Shown here: one piece after another, positions 47,827 through 57,937 of the stretch
How positions within the stretch are numbered: position 1 is the stretch's first letter
Layout: the number at the start of each line of letters is the position of its first letter
DNA from: Patescibacteria group bacterium
GTDB lineage: Bacteria; Patescibacteriota; Patescibacteriia; GWA2-46-9
DNA: 64,000 nucleotides
Direction: 5' to 3'
Assembly (NCBI GenBank): GCA_041660005.1
Contig: JBAZXG010000005.1
Coordinates: forward strand, 4,064 to 68,063
The notes under the pieces: generated by a model
Told to the model about the DNA's origin: nothing
The model's input: only the letters and a program-made list of their open reading frames with translations
Database searches by the model: none
Made by a program: the position numbers and the translations under genes

Positions 47827-48261
47827 CTAAATCGAGGCATCTGTCAATACGTTGCGTATTCTCTCTGCAATTTCTTTTGCTTCACCCGAACTATAGCTAG
47901 TATGACCCCATGATTGCAGGCCGTCATTGTCTTTTCTCGGTATGATATGTATGTGCATGTGACCAACCAGTTGACCTGCAGCTTTACCGTTATTAATGCC
48001 AACGTTGAATCCGTCTGCTTCTACGCCCAAAACAACCGACCTCGCAATGTTTGGTAAAGAGCTCATGAGATAAGCCAAACTTTTTTCATCAACAGAAAGT
48101 AAATCATTAGCGTGCGTTTTAGGAATCAGCAGCGTGTGCCCTTGACGAATAGGTTGAATATCGAGAAAGGCCAGAACTTCATCATCTTCATAAACTTTAT
48201 CACTCGGTAGTTCACCCGAAACGATTTTGCAAAAAACACAATTTTCCATACTGCTAAACAA
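47827..48261 (-). CDS. HIT family hydrolase
   Basis: 144 aa. Histidine-triad motif GHMHIHIIP and N-terminal CVFCKIV. Confidence 0.85.
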   Translation of the reverse strand: MFSSMENCVFCKIVSGELPSDKVYEDDEVLAFLDIQPIRQGHTLLIPKTHANDLLSVDEKSLAYLMSSLPNIARSVVLGVEADGFNVGINNGKAAGQLVGHMHIHIIPRKDNDGLQSWGHTSYSSGEAKEIAERIRNVLTDASI

Positions 48262-48589
48262 TCACGTAGGCTAGTAAAATAAGCAAAAACAATGCGACAG
48301 GGATGAGTAAGCTTGCTTGACCACTAAAACCCGCTGCGTAAAGTATAGCACCAGCAAGAATACCAACCAAAATCGATTTCACGACATAGGACTTTCCGTA
48401 ATCGATGGCAGGAGCGTTGAAGACAATCCACACACCATAAACAAAGAGAAAAGCAAAAACAACATACAAGTTGAGGTAACTCAAAACTAAGCCCGGACGC
48501 GCCAGTTCGGCGGCAGAATAAAAAAGAAAACTAACAAAAGCAATAAAGAATACGATGCTAAATTTTTTGTCTGAATATTGCAGGTGCAT
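48254..48589 (-). CDS. Hypothetical small membrane protein
   Basis: 111 aa with 3-4 TM. It overlaps the HIT gene start by 8 nt. Confidence 0.4.
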   Translation of the reverse strand: MHLQYSDKKFSIVFFIAFVSFLFYSAAELARPGLVLSYLNLYVVFAFLFVYGVWIVFNAPAIDYGKSYVVKSILVGILAGAILYAAGFSGQASLLIPVALFLLILLAYVIV

Positions 48590-48594
48590 ATATT

Positions 48595-49170
48595 TTATCG
48601 GGCTATGAGGCGACCTAGCCAGGACTGCACAACCGAGAGACTTAGCGCTTCACCGGCAAAGTTGACTCTTATACTATGAATTGCCGGACGCACACTAACC
48701 ATACTGAAATTGGGCGCTGAGATGATGAAGCGAACTCTGTTCTTCGACACTAAGGCCTCCGCTAACGAAAAGGTAAGGTCAGCACTTTGGGGGGCACTGC
48801 CATCAATGGGCATCAATTTTTTAATTTCGTAGCGCCAGGGTTCGTTTGGCGTTGGTGGCAGCGCCACACCTAGTCCAAGGGGCACAGAACTGGCATATAA
48901 GATACGTACGGTCGCGGATGACAACCTGCGCGGAAGGCGGACATCGAAATAAACTGGCTCGCCGCTCAGAACCGCGTATGGTTTCTCATTATTTCCTTGT
49001 TCAATGCCTACCCTGCCCTCAGGGTAGAGACGGCTCATGACGGGCTGCGATTTGGTAACATCGAGCGAAACAGCATACGTTCCCGTTGGCAGCGCGTCTT
49101 GGTAGAGCAGCCAGGCAAAAAACACAACCGGCAAGGCAGCAGCACAGCCAATGGCAATATTTTTTTTCAT
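48595..49170 (-). CDS. Hypothetical exported protein
   Basis: About 190 aa with an N-terminal signal/TM. The start is taken at M9 to avoid overlap with the upstream gene. Confidence 0.4.
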   Translation of the reverse strand: MKKNIAIGCAAALPVVFFAWLLYQDALPTGTYAVSLDVTKSQPVMSRLYPEGRVGIEQGNNEKPYAVLSGEPVYFDVRLPRRLSSATVRILYASSVPLGLGVALPPTPNEPWRYEIKKLMPIDGSAPQSADLTFSLAEALVSKNRVRFIISAPNFSMVSVRPAIHSIRVNFAGEALSLSVVQSWLGRLIAR

Positions 49171-50804
49171 AGATGAACGAGCGGATAAAGCCAAGCACCA
49201 TCGGGCAGTGCAAACGGTCGATGCAGAACCACTTGATACTGCTTTAGCAGCTCAACTGTTTCTGGTGTGACTCCCGTTAAGCTATAAAGGTAGAGCGGCA
49301 CATTATCAGCAATGGTAGGCAGCACGCGGATAACTTCAGTGTACGTTGTAAACGGTCGATCCCCAGGCGAAATAACGCTGCGCTCAGGAAAAAATATTTT
49401 ATCAATGCGGTCCCCTACTATAACCGAATCCGTTCCTGTTAATGCATTTACCGTTTGACTGACCGTTCTGTAGGTTGCTAGGCGACTAGCCACAACCGCT
49501 AGACCTTCCGATGAGTCAAAATAAACTTGCAAAAAACTGCTAAAACCGAGTACCAGTAGTAACACGAGAATCATGCTGCCGTTTTTATAAACGTTCCCTA
49601 ACAGGTGCATAACTCCATAACCAGCAAACGGCAGCCAAACTACAAATATCGGCAACCAATAGCGCACATAAGAAATGCCGAGTGTAATGTGCTGAGGGCC
49701 AACAGTATCGGCAATACGCCAACTTCCATAGTAAACACCGAGGGTTAAGGTCACCCAAACCGCCGCGTACACATATGAGCGCTCTTGTGCCGACCAGCGC
49801 TCGCGCTCTCTATAGCGAAGGTAACCGCCAAAAAACACAAGCATCCAAAATGGTAAGGTGACAAGAAAGCAATAGAAAAATACATTTGTAAGAATACTTA
49901 GTGGGTGAAAACCAAACGGCACTATGATACTGAGGAGAGAACTCACAATGTTGCCATGCGCCGTTAAGCTAGCAGCATTACGTACGGCTTGGTAGCCAAC
50001 CGGCAATGGTGCGTCGTACACCACAGTAAACAACAGAACAATAGTTGTCAGGAGCGCCGCACAAAGACTTCCTGCAATCACAATTTGCGGCAAACGAATG
50101 TGATGCCGCAGATGCCACAAACCAAATAATGCCAAAGGGAAAAGCCACAGGACTTCTGACGAACGCACGATGAGAGCGCCAACGAACATGATAATAGAAA
50201 AAATAAGCCACTCAACAGAGTTGCGCTCACGCTCTAAATGTACAAATCCCCACACGCTAAAAATGACGAGATCGAGAAATAAAATATTATGATAGAAACC
50301 ACGGCTGGCGTAATACCAAATCGCTGGGTGCATAGCAAGCAGTACCGTTGCGGCGAGAGCAACACTGACATTAAAAATGCACCGCCAGCAACCATAAGCT
50401 GCCATAAGCGCAAGTGCAGTCATGACTGCGGTGAGATATGGCAACACACCAAGTCCAAATACGAGAGCCGTCGCGCCGAAAATCATCGGCAGTCCCACGA
50501 AACTCGCTGGCACCAAATCATTTCCAACTGGAATGGTGGCGCGCGGATGGATTACACCGTTCGAAAGCGCTGAAAGCGGCTCAGGATAGCTGAGACCAAC
50601 GCCATTCGCAACTTGAAAACTAAAAAAGTAGTTGGCAGTTTCATCCGGGGAATTAAATCGCGGCGCCTGACGAATAGTCGCCCACGAAAAAAATGCGTAT
50701 GCAAAAAAGGCAACGAGCGTAATAGCCACGACATACACCCGTGGCTCTTTTGCCGCACCCTGCACAAACGCGCGCGCCCTGAGTATAAAAGTTTGAATCG
50801 TCAT
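49167..50804 (-). CDS. GT-C superfamily glycosyltransferase (ArnT/PMT-like), polytopic
   Basis: 545 aa with at least 11 TM. A conserved first-loop acidic motif NSPDETANYFF, typical of polyprenol-phosphate-sugar-dependent GT-C enzymes. Confidence 0.55.
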   Translation of the reverse strand: MTIQTFILRARAFVQGAAKEPRVYVVAITLVAFFAYAFFSWATIRQAPRFNSPDETANYFFSFQVANGVGLSYPEPLSALSNGVIHPRATIPVGNDLVPASFVGLPMIFGATALVFGLGVLPYLTAVMTALALMAAYGCWRCIFNVSVALAATVLLAMHPAIWYYASRGFYHNILFLDLVIFSVWGFVHLERERNSVEWLIFSIIMFVGALIVRSSEVLWLFPLALFGLWHLRHHIRLPQIVIAGSLCAALLTTIVLLFTVVYDAPLPVGYQAVRNAASLTAHGNIVSSLLSIIVPFGFHPLSILTNVFFYCFLVTLPFWMLVFFGGYLRYRERERWSAQERSYVYAAVWVTLTLGVYYGSWRIADTVGPQHITLGISYVRYWLPIFVVWLPFAGYGVMHLLGNVYKNGSMILVLLLVLGFSSFLQVYFDSSEGLAVVASRLATYRTVSQTVNALTGTDSVIVGDRIDKIFFPERSVISPGDRPFTTYTEVIRVLPTIADNVPLYLYSLTGVTPETVELLKQYQVVLHRPFALPDGAWLYPLVHL

Positions 50805-50826
50805 CGCTCTCTAGTACAATAATGTC

Positions 50827-52953
50827 ATGCATCTCAAAAAGTGGATAGTTATCCCCCACCTCGGCATTTCATTGCTTATTATCATGAACGCCTGTCTTTG
50901 GCGTTCGTCTGAAGTAGGCCTTATCTTGGGCATCGTGTATCTAGCTTTTTATGGATACGTACTTGGCGAATGCTGGTCTCGAACACTTTCGTCTTTTATC
51001 CGCTTCATAAGTGGTTTACTGCTCACACTGACGACCTTGGCGGGTTTGGGTGGCATTGTCTACTACCTCATTGGTCTGCCGAACTGGCTCGCCACAATCG
51101 TTCTCGTTGTCATTGCGTCTTCAATTGTTTTATTGAATTCCTGCATTGCTGAGGAAATCAGACCCACGCCTGACTCTATTATACCACAGAGCCAACACGG
51201 GCGAATGCAGATAATGGTAGCGTTTATTGGTGCGCTAGCCCTTGCTTTTGCGTTTTCTTTTCTTTTTAAAGCTCGCACCGGTGAAGCATTGCGATCGCCC
51301 TGGTCAGTAGTTGACGCGCGTTTTTTTGGCTGCTTCTTTATTGCTGAATTTTCCGCCTTACTTCTGCTCTGGACGGACAACAAGCGGAGAATGTTGCGTG
51401 ATTTTTTTGTTCTGTCGGCATTGACTACACTTGCCACAACCATCGGTATTATCGTCTACCGGGTTGGTTTTGGCTTTGATCCTTTTATCCATCAAGCCAC
51501 CGAATCACTCATCGCTACCGCAGGAGTCGTTTATCCTAAACCGCTCTACTACCTTGGCCAGTACGCTCTCGTTGTCCTGCTGCATACGCTGACCCTTCAA
51601 CCGATAGCGATCATAGACTCACTGCTCTTGCCGGCGGTTACCGGTCTCGCTCTTCCAGCACTTTTTATAACCACTTTCTACCATGACAATAACAAAAGAA
51701 CTGCTGCTTTAAGTGCAGCCACTTTTATTGGGATGCCGCTGTATCTTTTCGCCATGACGACACCCCAAGGCATCGCTAATCTTTTATTCGTTGCAGTAAT
51801 TTTTCTTGGCTACCGTAATGATTGCGATAAAGCAAGAACTAACCGTCAGTTCGAACTACTTCTTCTTGGTCTTTCAGTTACAGCAATGGTAATGCATCCG
51901 CTGGCAGGACTACCGGCACTTTTTTTTGTCGGACTGCGCTATATGCAAAACCGCTACCCGAAACAAAATATTATATATAGTCTGGCAGCGATAGCAGCTG
52001 CGGCTGTTTTGCCCATTATTTTTTTCATGCAAAACGCCGGTCGTGCTGGTGTGCAGGCTACAGCTACACTACCAACAATACCGGCTGAACAACTTTCGCG
52101 TGGCATTTTGTATTTCGGTCGACACTATAATTTTATCCTTGATACGGTTTATCTCTACGCCTTTAATCTTGGCGCTATTATTATTGCGCTCTTGTTAATC
52201 GGAATCTATCTGCTGAAGCGACAAGAAGAAGGCATTGCAGACAACAAATCGCTTTTGCTCATTTCGCTCATACTTTTCTTCGATGCGTTTATCGTTAAAT
52301 TTTTCATACCTTTTTTATTTCTTATAGACTATGAACGCAGTAACTTTAGTGGCCGCCTTTTCACGCTCGGGTTTATTGCGCTTTTGCCATTCGCCGTTAT
52401 AGCACTGCGCTCTTTTTTTGAACGTCTCACCAATGCACCACGAAGTGTTATTGTCTTTTTTTTGCTCACTCTCTCATGCCTCGCTACGATAAGCGTGTAT
52501 GTCGCCTATCCGCGCTTTGACACCTATGCTTTTGATCGCGGCTACTCAACAAGTCTCCACGATATTACTGCCGTAAGGTATATAGATTCAGTCGCAAGCG
52601 GCTCATACGTTGTTTTGGCCGACCAAGCGGTTGCCGCTGCAGCACTCAAGGAATTGGGGTTTAAGCAGTACTTCGCGCGACAGGGCAATAAAAGTAATGA
52701 GCAAATCTTTTTCTACCCTATTCCAACCGGCGGCTCACTTTACCAGGAGTACCTACGCATGGTCTACGAAAAACCAACGCGAGACCCTATTCGCTCGGCG
52801 CTTACCATGACCGGTGCAAATGAAGCGTATTTTGTGTTGAACGACTATTGGTTTGATTTTGAAAATATTCGCGACAGCGCAAAACAGTTTGCTGATGATT
52901 GGAAAGAAATTGATGGCGGGAAAATAGTCATCTTCCACTACAAAAAACTATAG
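50827..52953 (+). CDS. Large polytopic membrane protein, possible GT-C-like glycosyltransferase
   Basis: 708 aa, more than 12 TM, and a C-terminal soluble domain. It is divergent from the GT-C gene with only 22 nt between the start codons. Confidence 0.4.
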   Translation: MHLKKWIVIPHLGISLLIIMNACLWRSSEVGLILGIVYLAFYGYVLGECWSRTLSSFIRFISGLLLTLTTLAGLGGIVYYLIGLPNWLATIVLVVIASSIVLLNSCIAEEIRPTPDSIIPQSQHGRMQIMVAFIGALALAFAFSFLFKARTGEALRSPWSVVDARFFGCFFIAEFSALLLLWTDNKRRMLRDFFVLSALTTLATTIGIIVYRVGFGFDPFIHQATESLIATAGVVYPKPLYYLGQYALVVLLHTLTLQPIAIIDSLLLPAVTGLALPALFITTFYHDNNKRTAALSAATFIGMPLYLFAMTTPQGIANLLFVAVIFLGYRNDCDKARTNRQFELLLLGLSVTAMVMHPLAGLPALFFVGLRYMQNRYPKQNIIYSLAAIAAAAVLPIIFFMQNAGRAGVQATATLPTIPAEQLSRGILYFGRHYNFILDTVYLYAFNLGAIIIALLLIGIYLLKRQEEGIADNKSLLLISLILFFDAFIVKFFIPFLFLIDYERSNFSGRLFTLGFIALLPFAVIALRSFFERLTNAPRSVIVFFLLTLSCLATISVYVAYPRFDTYAFDRGYSTSLHDITAVRYIDSVASGSYVVLADQAVAAAALKELGFKQYFARQGNKSNEQIFFYPIPTGGSLYQEYLRMVYEKPTRDPIRSALTMTGANEAYFVLNDYWFDFENIRDSAKQFADDWKEIDGGKIVIFHYKKL

Positions 52954-53037
52954 CTGTGTTGATGGGCTCAAACTGTGCAGTTGCGCAGCTTGAGCCCACC
53001 GTTCGGTCATCTCCACTCCGCTCAGCCGAAAGCGAGA

Positions 53038-53478
53038 CTAGTCGACATTCGCAGGTGTCGCATGTTTCAGGGTTGACGTATCAAACACGCCAGCCCAAAC
53101 GGGGAAAGAGCTATCGGGGAAACCGAGCGCAGAGAGAACGTTCCTCGTTGCCGAGCATGGCAGGATGAAAACGGGCAGCTCACCGTTCTCGGCCCCCGTC
53201 ACCTCAGCCTGAATGTACAAGGTCGTATTGCAGTCGGCGTCCATGACCTCGACCGCAAGACCGAAACGAGATGCAATCTCGGTCACGGCCTCCGCCGGAA
53301 TTCTTGCGTCCGCATATCCCCTGAGGACGAATCGCTCTTTGTGCAAGGCCTGCGCAGCGTGACGCCACCGTTGAACAAAGACAGCTGCACCAACTGCCTG
53401 GGTCCGCAAAGCACGCTCATCGTCCTGCCTGTCAGCATCGATCCCAATGATTCCAAACCGCATGGTTAATCCTCCCAC
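53038..53478 (-). CDS. Hypothetical protein in a GC-rich (about 58-60%) segment
   Basis: 146-aa ORF MRFGIIGIDADRQDDERALRTQAVGAAVF... Composition differs clearly from the neighbours. No confident family assignment; an RNase-H-like GIDxD start is only suggestive. Confidence 0.45.
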   Translation of the reverse strand: MGGLTMRFGIIGIDADRQDDERALRTQAVGAAVFVQRWRHAAQALHKERFVLRGYADARIPAEAVTEIASRFGLAVEVMDADCNTTLYIQAEVTGAENGELPVFILPCSATRNVLSALGFPDSSFPVWAGVFDTSTLKHATPANVD

Positions 53479-53518
53479 TTTACAAACACCCGAAATTGGG
53501 TTTACTCAATCCTAGCAA

Positions 53519-54694
53519 TTAGTTTAAATCAGTCAACGCTATCAGTTCTTTGGAGTACTCTTTTGAGCCAACGCTTAAAGCCAAAATATTTTCACGAACA
53601 AACACGCGCGATTCTGCGCTCTCAGTAATGGCGCTCGCCAATGCTTCAGAGTCCCCCGGCGGAACTAACTTGGTATTTGGCGCTAAGCGTAAAAGCTCGG
53701 ACACGCCGCCAATGTCACTCGCCACAACGGGAACACCATGACTTAAGGCCTCGACAATACTCATGGGATTGTTTTCTATGAGTAACGACGGATACACAAA
53801 AACGTCAGTGACTTCCCAAATTGCCGCGAGCTGAATTTGCGACAAAAAACCAGAAACAATTATGCTACGGTCTTCAAGAGATGCTTTTTTTACTGCATGT
53901 AAGTAAGAACCAGCTCCAGCAAGAATTAACCGCCAGTGAGGTCGGCGAATTGTTTGCCAAACGTCAAGAAGTAACTGAATCCCCTTTTGCTCTTCTATTT
54001 GCCCAATGTAAACAACATTTATGCCCTTATGTTCTTTATGCACAACCGCAACGTCCGGCACCGGATTCATAAGAACCGACCGCTTCGCAACAGAAAAAAA
54101 ATGGTGCCCAGTATAAAAATCTTGAAGAAATTTTGACGGAAAAACAACGATTCCAACAGTGCGAAAAAGGTGCCGCGTTAGCGTACGGTACAGTATTCGA
54201 ATTGGTCGTGACAACTGCGTTTTTAGTTGTGCGACAAGCAATATACCGCTTGGCTCAACAAGCTGAACGTCATGCACAACTTGAATGTAGCGCTTTGCTC
54301 GCTTTGCAAAAAGACGCGGCAACAAGTAACCAAGTCCACGCAAATTGTGCGAGAGAACAAGGTCGGGTTGCTCACGACGCAACACTGCTCTTGTCACCAA
54401 CCAAGAATGAATGTTCATAACATCAAGACACCCCCAAATGGCGCGCGCGAAAAAACCATACGCATTTATGTTTACATACGAAAAAATATTCAGTGGAAAG
54501 AAGCGGAGCACCTTAATGCCCTCCTCTTCTTCTGCTACCGGCGTGAGTGAACGTATGCCATGAAAAGGTCTGACCGAAAGCACGCTCACCTCCCAGCCGA
54601 GCTCTTTGAATCCGTTCGCTGAGGCCTTCACAACGGTCTCTGCTCCTGACCGGTAGTACCGCCCGTACAAGTTACTGACAATTAAAACTTTCAT
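53519..54694 (-). CDS. Glycosyltransferase family 4
   Basis: 391 aa. GT-B fold with an EX7E-type C-terminal region (VVASDIGGVSELL). Confidence 0.75.
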   Translation of the reverse strand: MKVLIVSNLYGRYYRSGAETVVKASANGFKELGWEVSVLSVRPFHGIRSLTPVAEEEEGIKVLRFFPLNIFSYVNINAYGFFARAIWGCLDVMNIHSWLVTRAVLRREQPDLVLSHNLRGLGYLLPRLFAKRAKRYIQVVHDVQLVEPSGILLVAQLKTQLSRPIRILYRTLTRHLFRTVGIVVFPSKFLQDFYTGHHFFSVAKRSVLMNPVPDVAVVHKEHKGINVVYIGQIEEQKGIQLLLDVWQTIRRPHWRLILAGAGSYLHAVKKASLEDRSIIVSGFLSQIQLAAIWEVTDVFVYPSLLIENNPMSIVEALSHGVPVVASDIGGVSELLRLAPNTKLVPPGDSEALASAITESAESRVFVRENILALSVGSKEYSKELIALTDLN

Positions 54695-55836
54695 AGAACG
54701 AGCCCCAAAAGCTCAAGTAATTTTTTACGAACCACGGGTTCACTATATTCTTCCTCAACAATTATTCTACCCCGCTCTCCGTAACGCTTTGCAACTGCAG
54801 GGCGACTCAACAAGTGAATGAGCGCCGCAGACAGCGCCTCGACACTCTTTGGCTCCACAAGTTGGCCAGTTTCACCGTCTCGCACAACACGACGAAGCCC
54901 TGGCAAATGAGAGGCAACGGTGGCACGAGCGCTCGCCATGGCTTCAAGGAGCACTAACCCAAACGCCTCAGAGGCGTCAATAGAGGGCAGAACCACCACA
55001 TCAGCGAGTCGATAGTGTTCAGGAAGCATATCGCCCGAAACGCTACCTAGAAAACCAACTGAATCTGCAATCCTGAGATGCTTTGCTTCCGCTTCATAAC
55101 GCACTCGCCGATCACCGTCACCTACGAGTAGTAATTTAGCATTCGGTACTTCTCGCACAACTTCTTGCCATGATTTTAATAAAACTGAAATACCTTTGAA
55201 ATAGTGCGCGCCATCAAGCCCTCCAACAAAAAGTGCGACAGGCGTGTCTTTGGTAAACCCATACTCTGCCAAGAGATGATCTGGCTTTGGGCCGGGAGAA
55301 AAAAGAGCCGTGTTAACCGACAGTGGTAGTTCACGCAAACGACCCCCAATGCTCGGCAAGTACTGAGCAAGGAGAGAGTGCTCAGCATAGTCGACTGAAC
55401 TCACCAGAATTAAATGCGCATGATCAAGAAGCGGCTTCAAATAACGGCGATGATACAACTTAAATAATAATTTTTTCCAACCAACTCCTACGTTGTCCAT
55501 GTGATAGAAAAGAACGAGTTTCTGATTTGCAGCAACTCCACGACGGGCGTACCCTTGTGCGCCACCAAAAAACGGATAGTTGAGGATAACTATTTCGGCG
55601 CCAGTCGTAAGATCCGGAAAGTTTGGGATAATTGCCGCATTGCCGTAACGAAATAACGTTTTAACATAAATCACTTTTACTGCTCCGCCCTCAACGCTCT
55701 CCGGTTTTGGTGCCGACGTATACACATTAACCTGAATACCCTCTTGGCTTAGTGCGCGCGCCTGACTCGCAGCCACATTACCCATGCCGCCGCCATAGGG
55801 CGGATAGGTTGAGACAACAATGTTTACGCGTTTCAT
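54691..55836 (-). CDS. Glycosyltransferase family 4
   Basis: 381 aa. N-terminal STYPPYGGGMGNVAASQARAL with a GT-B fold. It overlaps the neighbouring GT4 by 4 nt. Confidence 0.75.
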   Translation of the reverse strand: MKRVNIVVSTYPPYGGGMGNVAASQARALSQEGIQVNVYTSAPKPESVEGGAVKVIYVKTLFRYGNAAIIPNFPDLTTGAEIVILNYPFFGGAQGYARRGVAANQKLVLFYHMDNVGVGWKKLLFKLYHRRYLKPLLDHAHLILVSSVDYAEHSLLAQYLPSIGGRLRELPLSVNTALFSPGPKPDHLLAEYGFTKDTPVALFVGGLDGAHYFKGISVLLKSWQEVVREVPNAKLLLVGDGDRRVRYEAEAKHLRIADSVGFLGSVSGDMLPEHYRLADVVVLPSIDASEAFGLVLLEAMASARATVASHLPGLRRVVRDGETGQLVEPKSVEALSAALIHLLSRPAVAKRYGERGRIIVEEEYSEPVVRKKLLELLGLVL

Positions 55837-55845
55837 ACGTTCGAG

Positions 55846-56943
55846 TTACCAAAAAATAACTGAGCGAATAATGCGCCAATATCCAGCCAAAAGCGGGTTC
55901 ACTATTCTGAGCGGCAGTGAAGGGACAGTCTGATACTCTACCACTGCACTCATCGTACGTATCACGTCACGATCTTTTGTCTTACGCATTGATTGACGAC
56001 GAGAGCGCTCTTTCATAATTTCTGAAAAATGAACAATAACATAGAGGTAACCCTTAAGCTTCAAAGGAAGCCATCCTTTCAAAGTAGCAAACAGCACAAC
56101 GCCAATTTCCATAACGAACCAGGCGGGAAAGATGAGCAACAGTGTCGCGAGATGGTAATTCTCGAGAAGCACGATGAGACGATTTCGCTCACCATAATAA
56201 TACTTGATGCGCGTGGAGCGGCTAAATTCGTAGCGATGATAAGCGCGTGCACTAGGCACGAGAACGCTTTGTTTACCAAAAAGCGATATGCGCCAGCCCA
56301 AATCCAGGTCTTCGTGGTACATAAAAAAATCTTCCGAAAAAAGACCAAACTGATTGAGGTCAAGCATTTTAAGCACGAGAGCCGCACCTGAGGCATAAGC
56401 AACCCGACGCGGCTCTTTAAGGTATCGCTGCATGGCCGTGCTGTTCATGTTCGTACCTTCTCGGTCACTATAGCCAAAACCGAGGTAGTGAATGCAGTTG
56501 CCAGCCGAATTAACGACGTCTCGGTTCTGATCAAGGAGAATTAAGGGCTGCGCCGCCGTTGCTTCGCTATGCGCCTCAAGGTAGTCAATAAGTTGACTAA
56601 ACATAGAGGCCTCAACAAAACAATCTTGGTTGATGAGCGCCAGGTAAACCGCACCAATTTTTTTCGCCTCCTCGTACCCACGAAGACAAGCCCCGGTAAA
56701 CCCTAAATTATTTTCATGCTCAATAATGTTGAGCGTCGGATACTTAGCTCGCGCACGCTGAACACCCACATCACTACTATGATTATCTACGAGAATGATT
56801 TCTAAATTATCGTAATCCGAAAGCATAAGCGCTTCCAGACATCGCTCCAGATCATTGCCGCCGTTAAAACTCGGCACAACAACCGCCAGGCGCAATCTTT
56901 TATTCTGATTCTTGTCTGTCACTGGCTGCATGGTGTTCTTCAA
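55846..56943 (-). CDS. Glycosyltransferase family 2 with C-terminal TM region
   Basis: 365 aa. GT-A start VVVPSFNGGNDLERCLEAL...VDNHSSD with DxD and C-terminal membrane helices. Confidence 0.75.
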   Translation of the reverse strand: MKNTMQPVTDKNQNKRLRLAVVVPSFNGGNDLERCLEALMLSDYDNLEIILVDNHSSDVGVQRARAKYPTLNIIEHENNLGFTGACLRGYEEAKKIGAVYLALINQDCFVEASMFSQLIDYLEAHSEATAAQPLILLDQNRDVVNSAGNCIHYLGFGYSDREGTNMNSTAMQRYLKEPRRVAYASGAALVLKMLDLNQFGLFSEDFFMYHEDLDLGWRISLFGKQSVLVPSARAYHRYEFSRSTRIKYYYGERNRLIVLLENYHLATLLLIFPAWFVMEIGVVLFATLKGWLPLKLKGYLYVIVHFSEIMKERSRRQSMRKTKDRDVIRTMSAVVEYQTVPSLPLRIVNPLLAGYWRIIRSVIFW

Positions 56944-57250
56944 GTGCTCGTTGACGTACGAGCTCCGTTAACGAACGCTCCAGGCGATCGGTCTTCCGGG
57001 ACTGCTGAAAAAAAGCATAAAAAAGGACAAGCACCGACGTATAAAGAACTGCATCAACTCCACGTCCAACCCCCAAGATGCGTGCTGCAACGTCCGTGGT
57101 CTTTGGCAAAAAAACAATCAAAACCGTTGCTACCCAAAAGAGAAGCCAAATCAAGAGCTTTCGTCGATCAAGCGATCCGCTGCGATACGCACGTAGTGCC
57201 CGAGAGACCGCAAAGAGCGCAAAAAGTGTAATCAGCCATTGTATGGGCAT
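56900..57250 (-). CDS. DUF2304-like small membrane protein
   Basis: 116 aa with 3 TM and a charged C-terminal tail. The typical genomic partner of GtrB-like GT2. Confidence 0.5.
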   Translation of the reverse strand: MPIQWLITLFALFAVSRALRAYRSGSLDRRKLLIWLLFWVATVLIVFLPKTTDVAARILGVGRGVDAVLYTSVLVLFYAFFQQSRKTDRLERSLTELVRQRALEEHHAASDRQESE

Positions 57251-57253
57251 AGC

Positions 57254-57931
57254 TTAGCGATGAGGAAAAAATTTCTCAATCACAAGATCCCGAACGATTG
57301 TTAAAGCGTTTACTGACGACTGCCCGTGCGCTAACGAGTACGGCGTGTAATGCACCGTAACCGGTACTTCAACATAGCGCAATTTGAGGTCAGCAATACC
57401 ATCAAGTATTTCCGAAGCGTGAGCCCAGCCATCATGACGTATAGGTAGCTTCGTTGCCGCAGAACGGGAAAATGCTCGAAGACCATTGTTGGTATCGCTC
57501 AAATAAATGCCAGAGAAGAATCGTGTAAAAAGAATGCCTGCCTTTAAAAGAATGCGCCTCTTCAATGGAAGATTGACCGCATGACCAAGAAAGCGCGACC
57601 CTAAAACAATGTCAGCCCTGCCGTCACGAATCGGTTCAGTAAGCAGAGTGATATCGTGCGCATCATGCTGCCCATCTGCATCGAAATGAACAATAATGTC
57701 TGCACGCTCCTCTAGGGCAAGCGCCACGCCAGTTGCCAGAGCTGCCCCCTGGCCACGGTTAATGCTGTGGCACAAAACTACTGCTCCCGCGCTCCTTGCG
57801 AGAGAAGTCGTGGCATCATTAGAGCCGTCGTCAACGACAATCACTTCGTCAACATATCTGCGCACGTCGGTTACCACATCATAAATGCCGCGCGCCTCGT
57901 TATAGGCCGGAATGACGGCAATCGTTCGCAT
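57254..57931 (-). CDS. Polyprenol-phosphate sugar synthase (GtrB/DPM1-like GT2)
   Basis: 225 aa. MRTIAVIPAYNEARGI...VVDDGSNDAT, a dolichol-P-mannose/undecaprenyl-P-glucose synthase-like catalytic core. Confidence 0.75.
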   Translation of the reverse strand: MRTIAVIPAYNEARGIYDVVTDVRRYVDEVIVVDDGSNDATTSLARSAGAVVLCHSINRGQGAALATGVALALEERADIIVHFDADGQHDAHDITLLTEPIRDGRADIVLGSRFLGHAVNLPLKRRILLKAGILFTRFFSGIYLSDTNNGLRAFSRSAATKLPIRHDGWAHASEILDGIADLKLRYVEVPVTVHYTPYSLAHGQSSVNALTIVRDLVIEKFFPHR

Positions 57932-57937
57932 ACGAAC

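Noticed and set aside
52956-53030. Long hairpin GGGCTCAA...TTGAGCCC as a terminator for the 50827..52953 gene
   Set aside because: No T-run follows on the plus strand, and the minus-strand T-run is about 16 nt away. It is noted only as part of the GC-rich anomaly.
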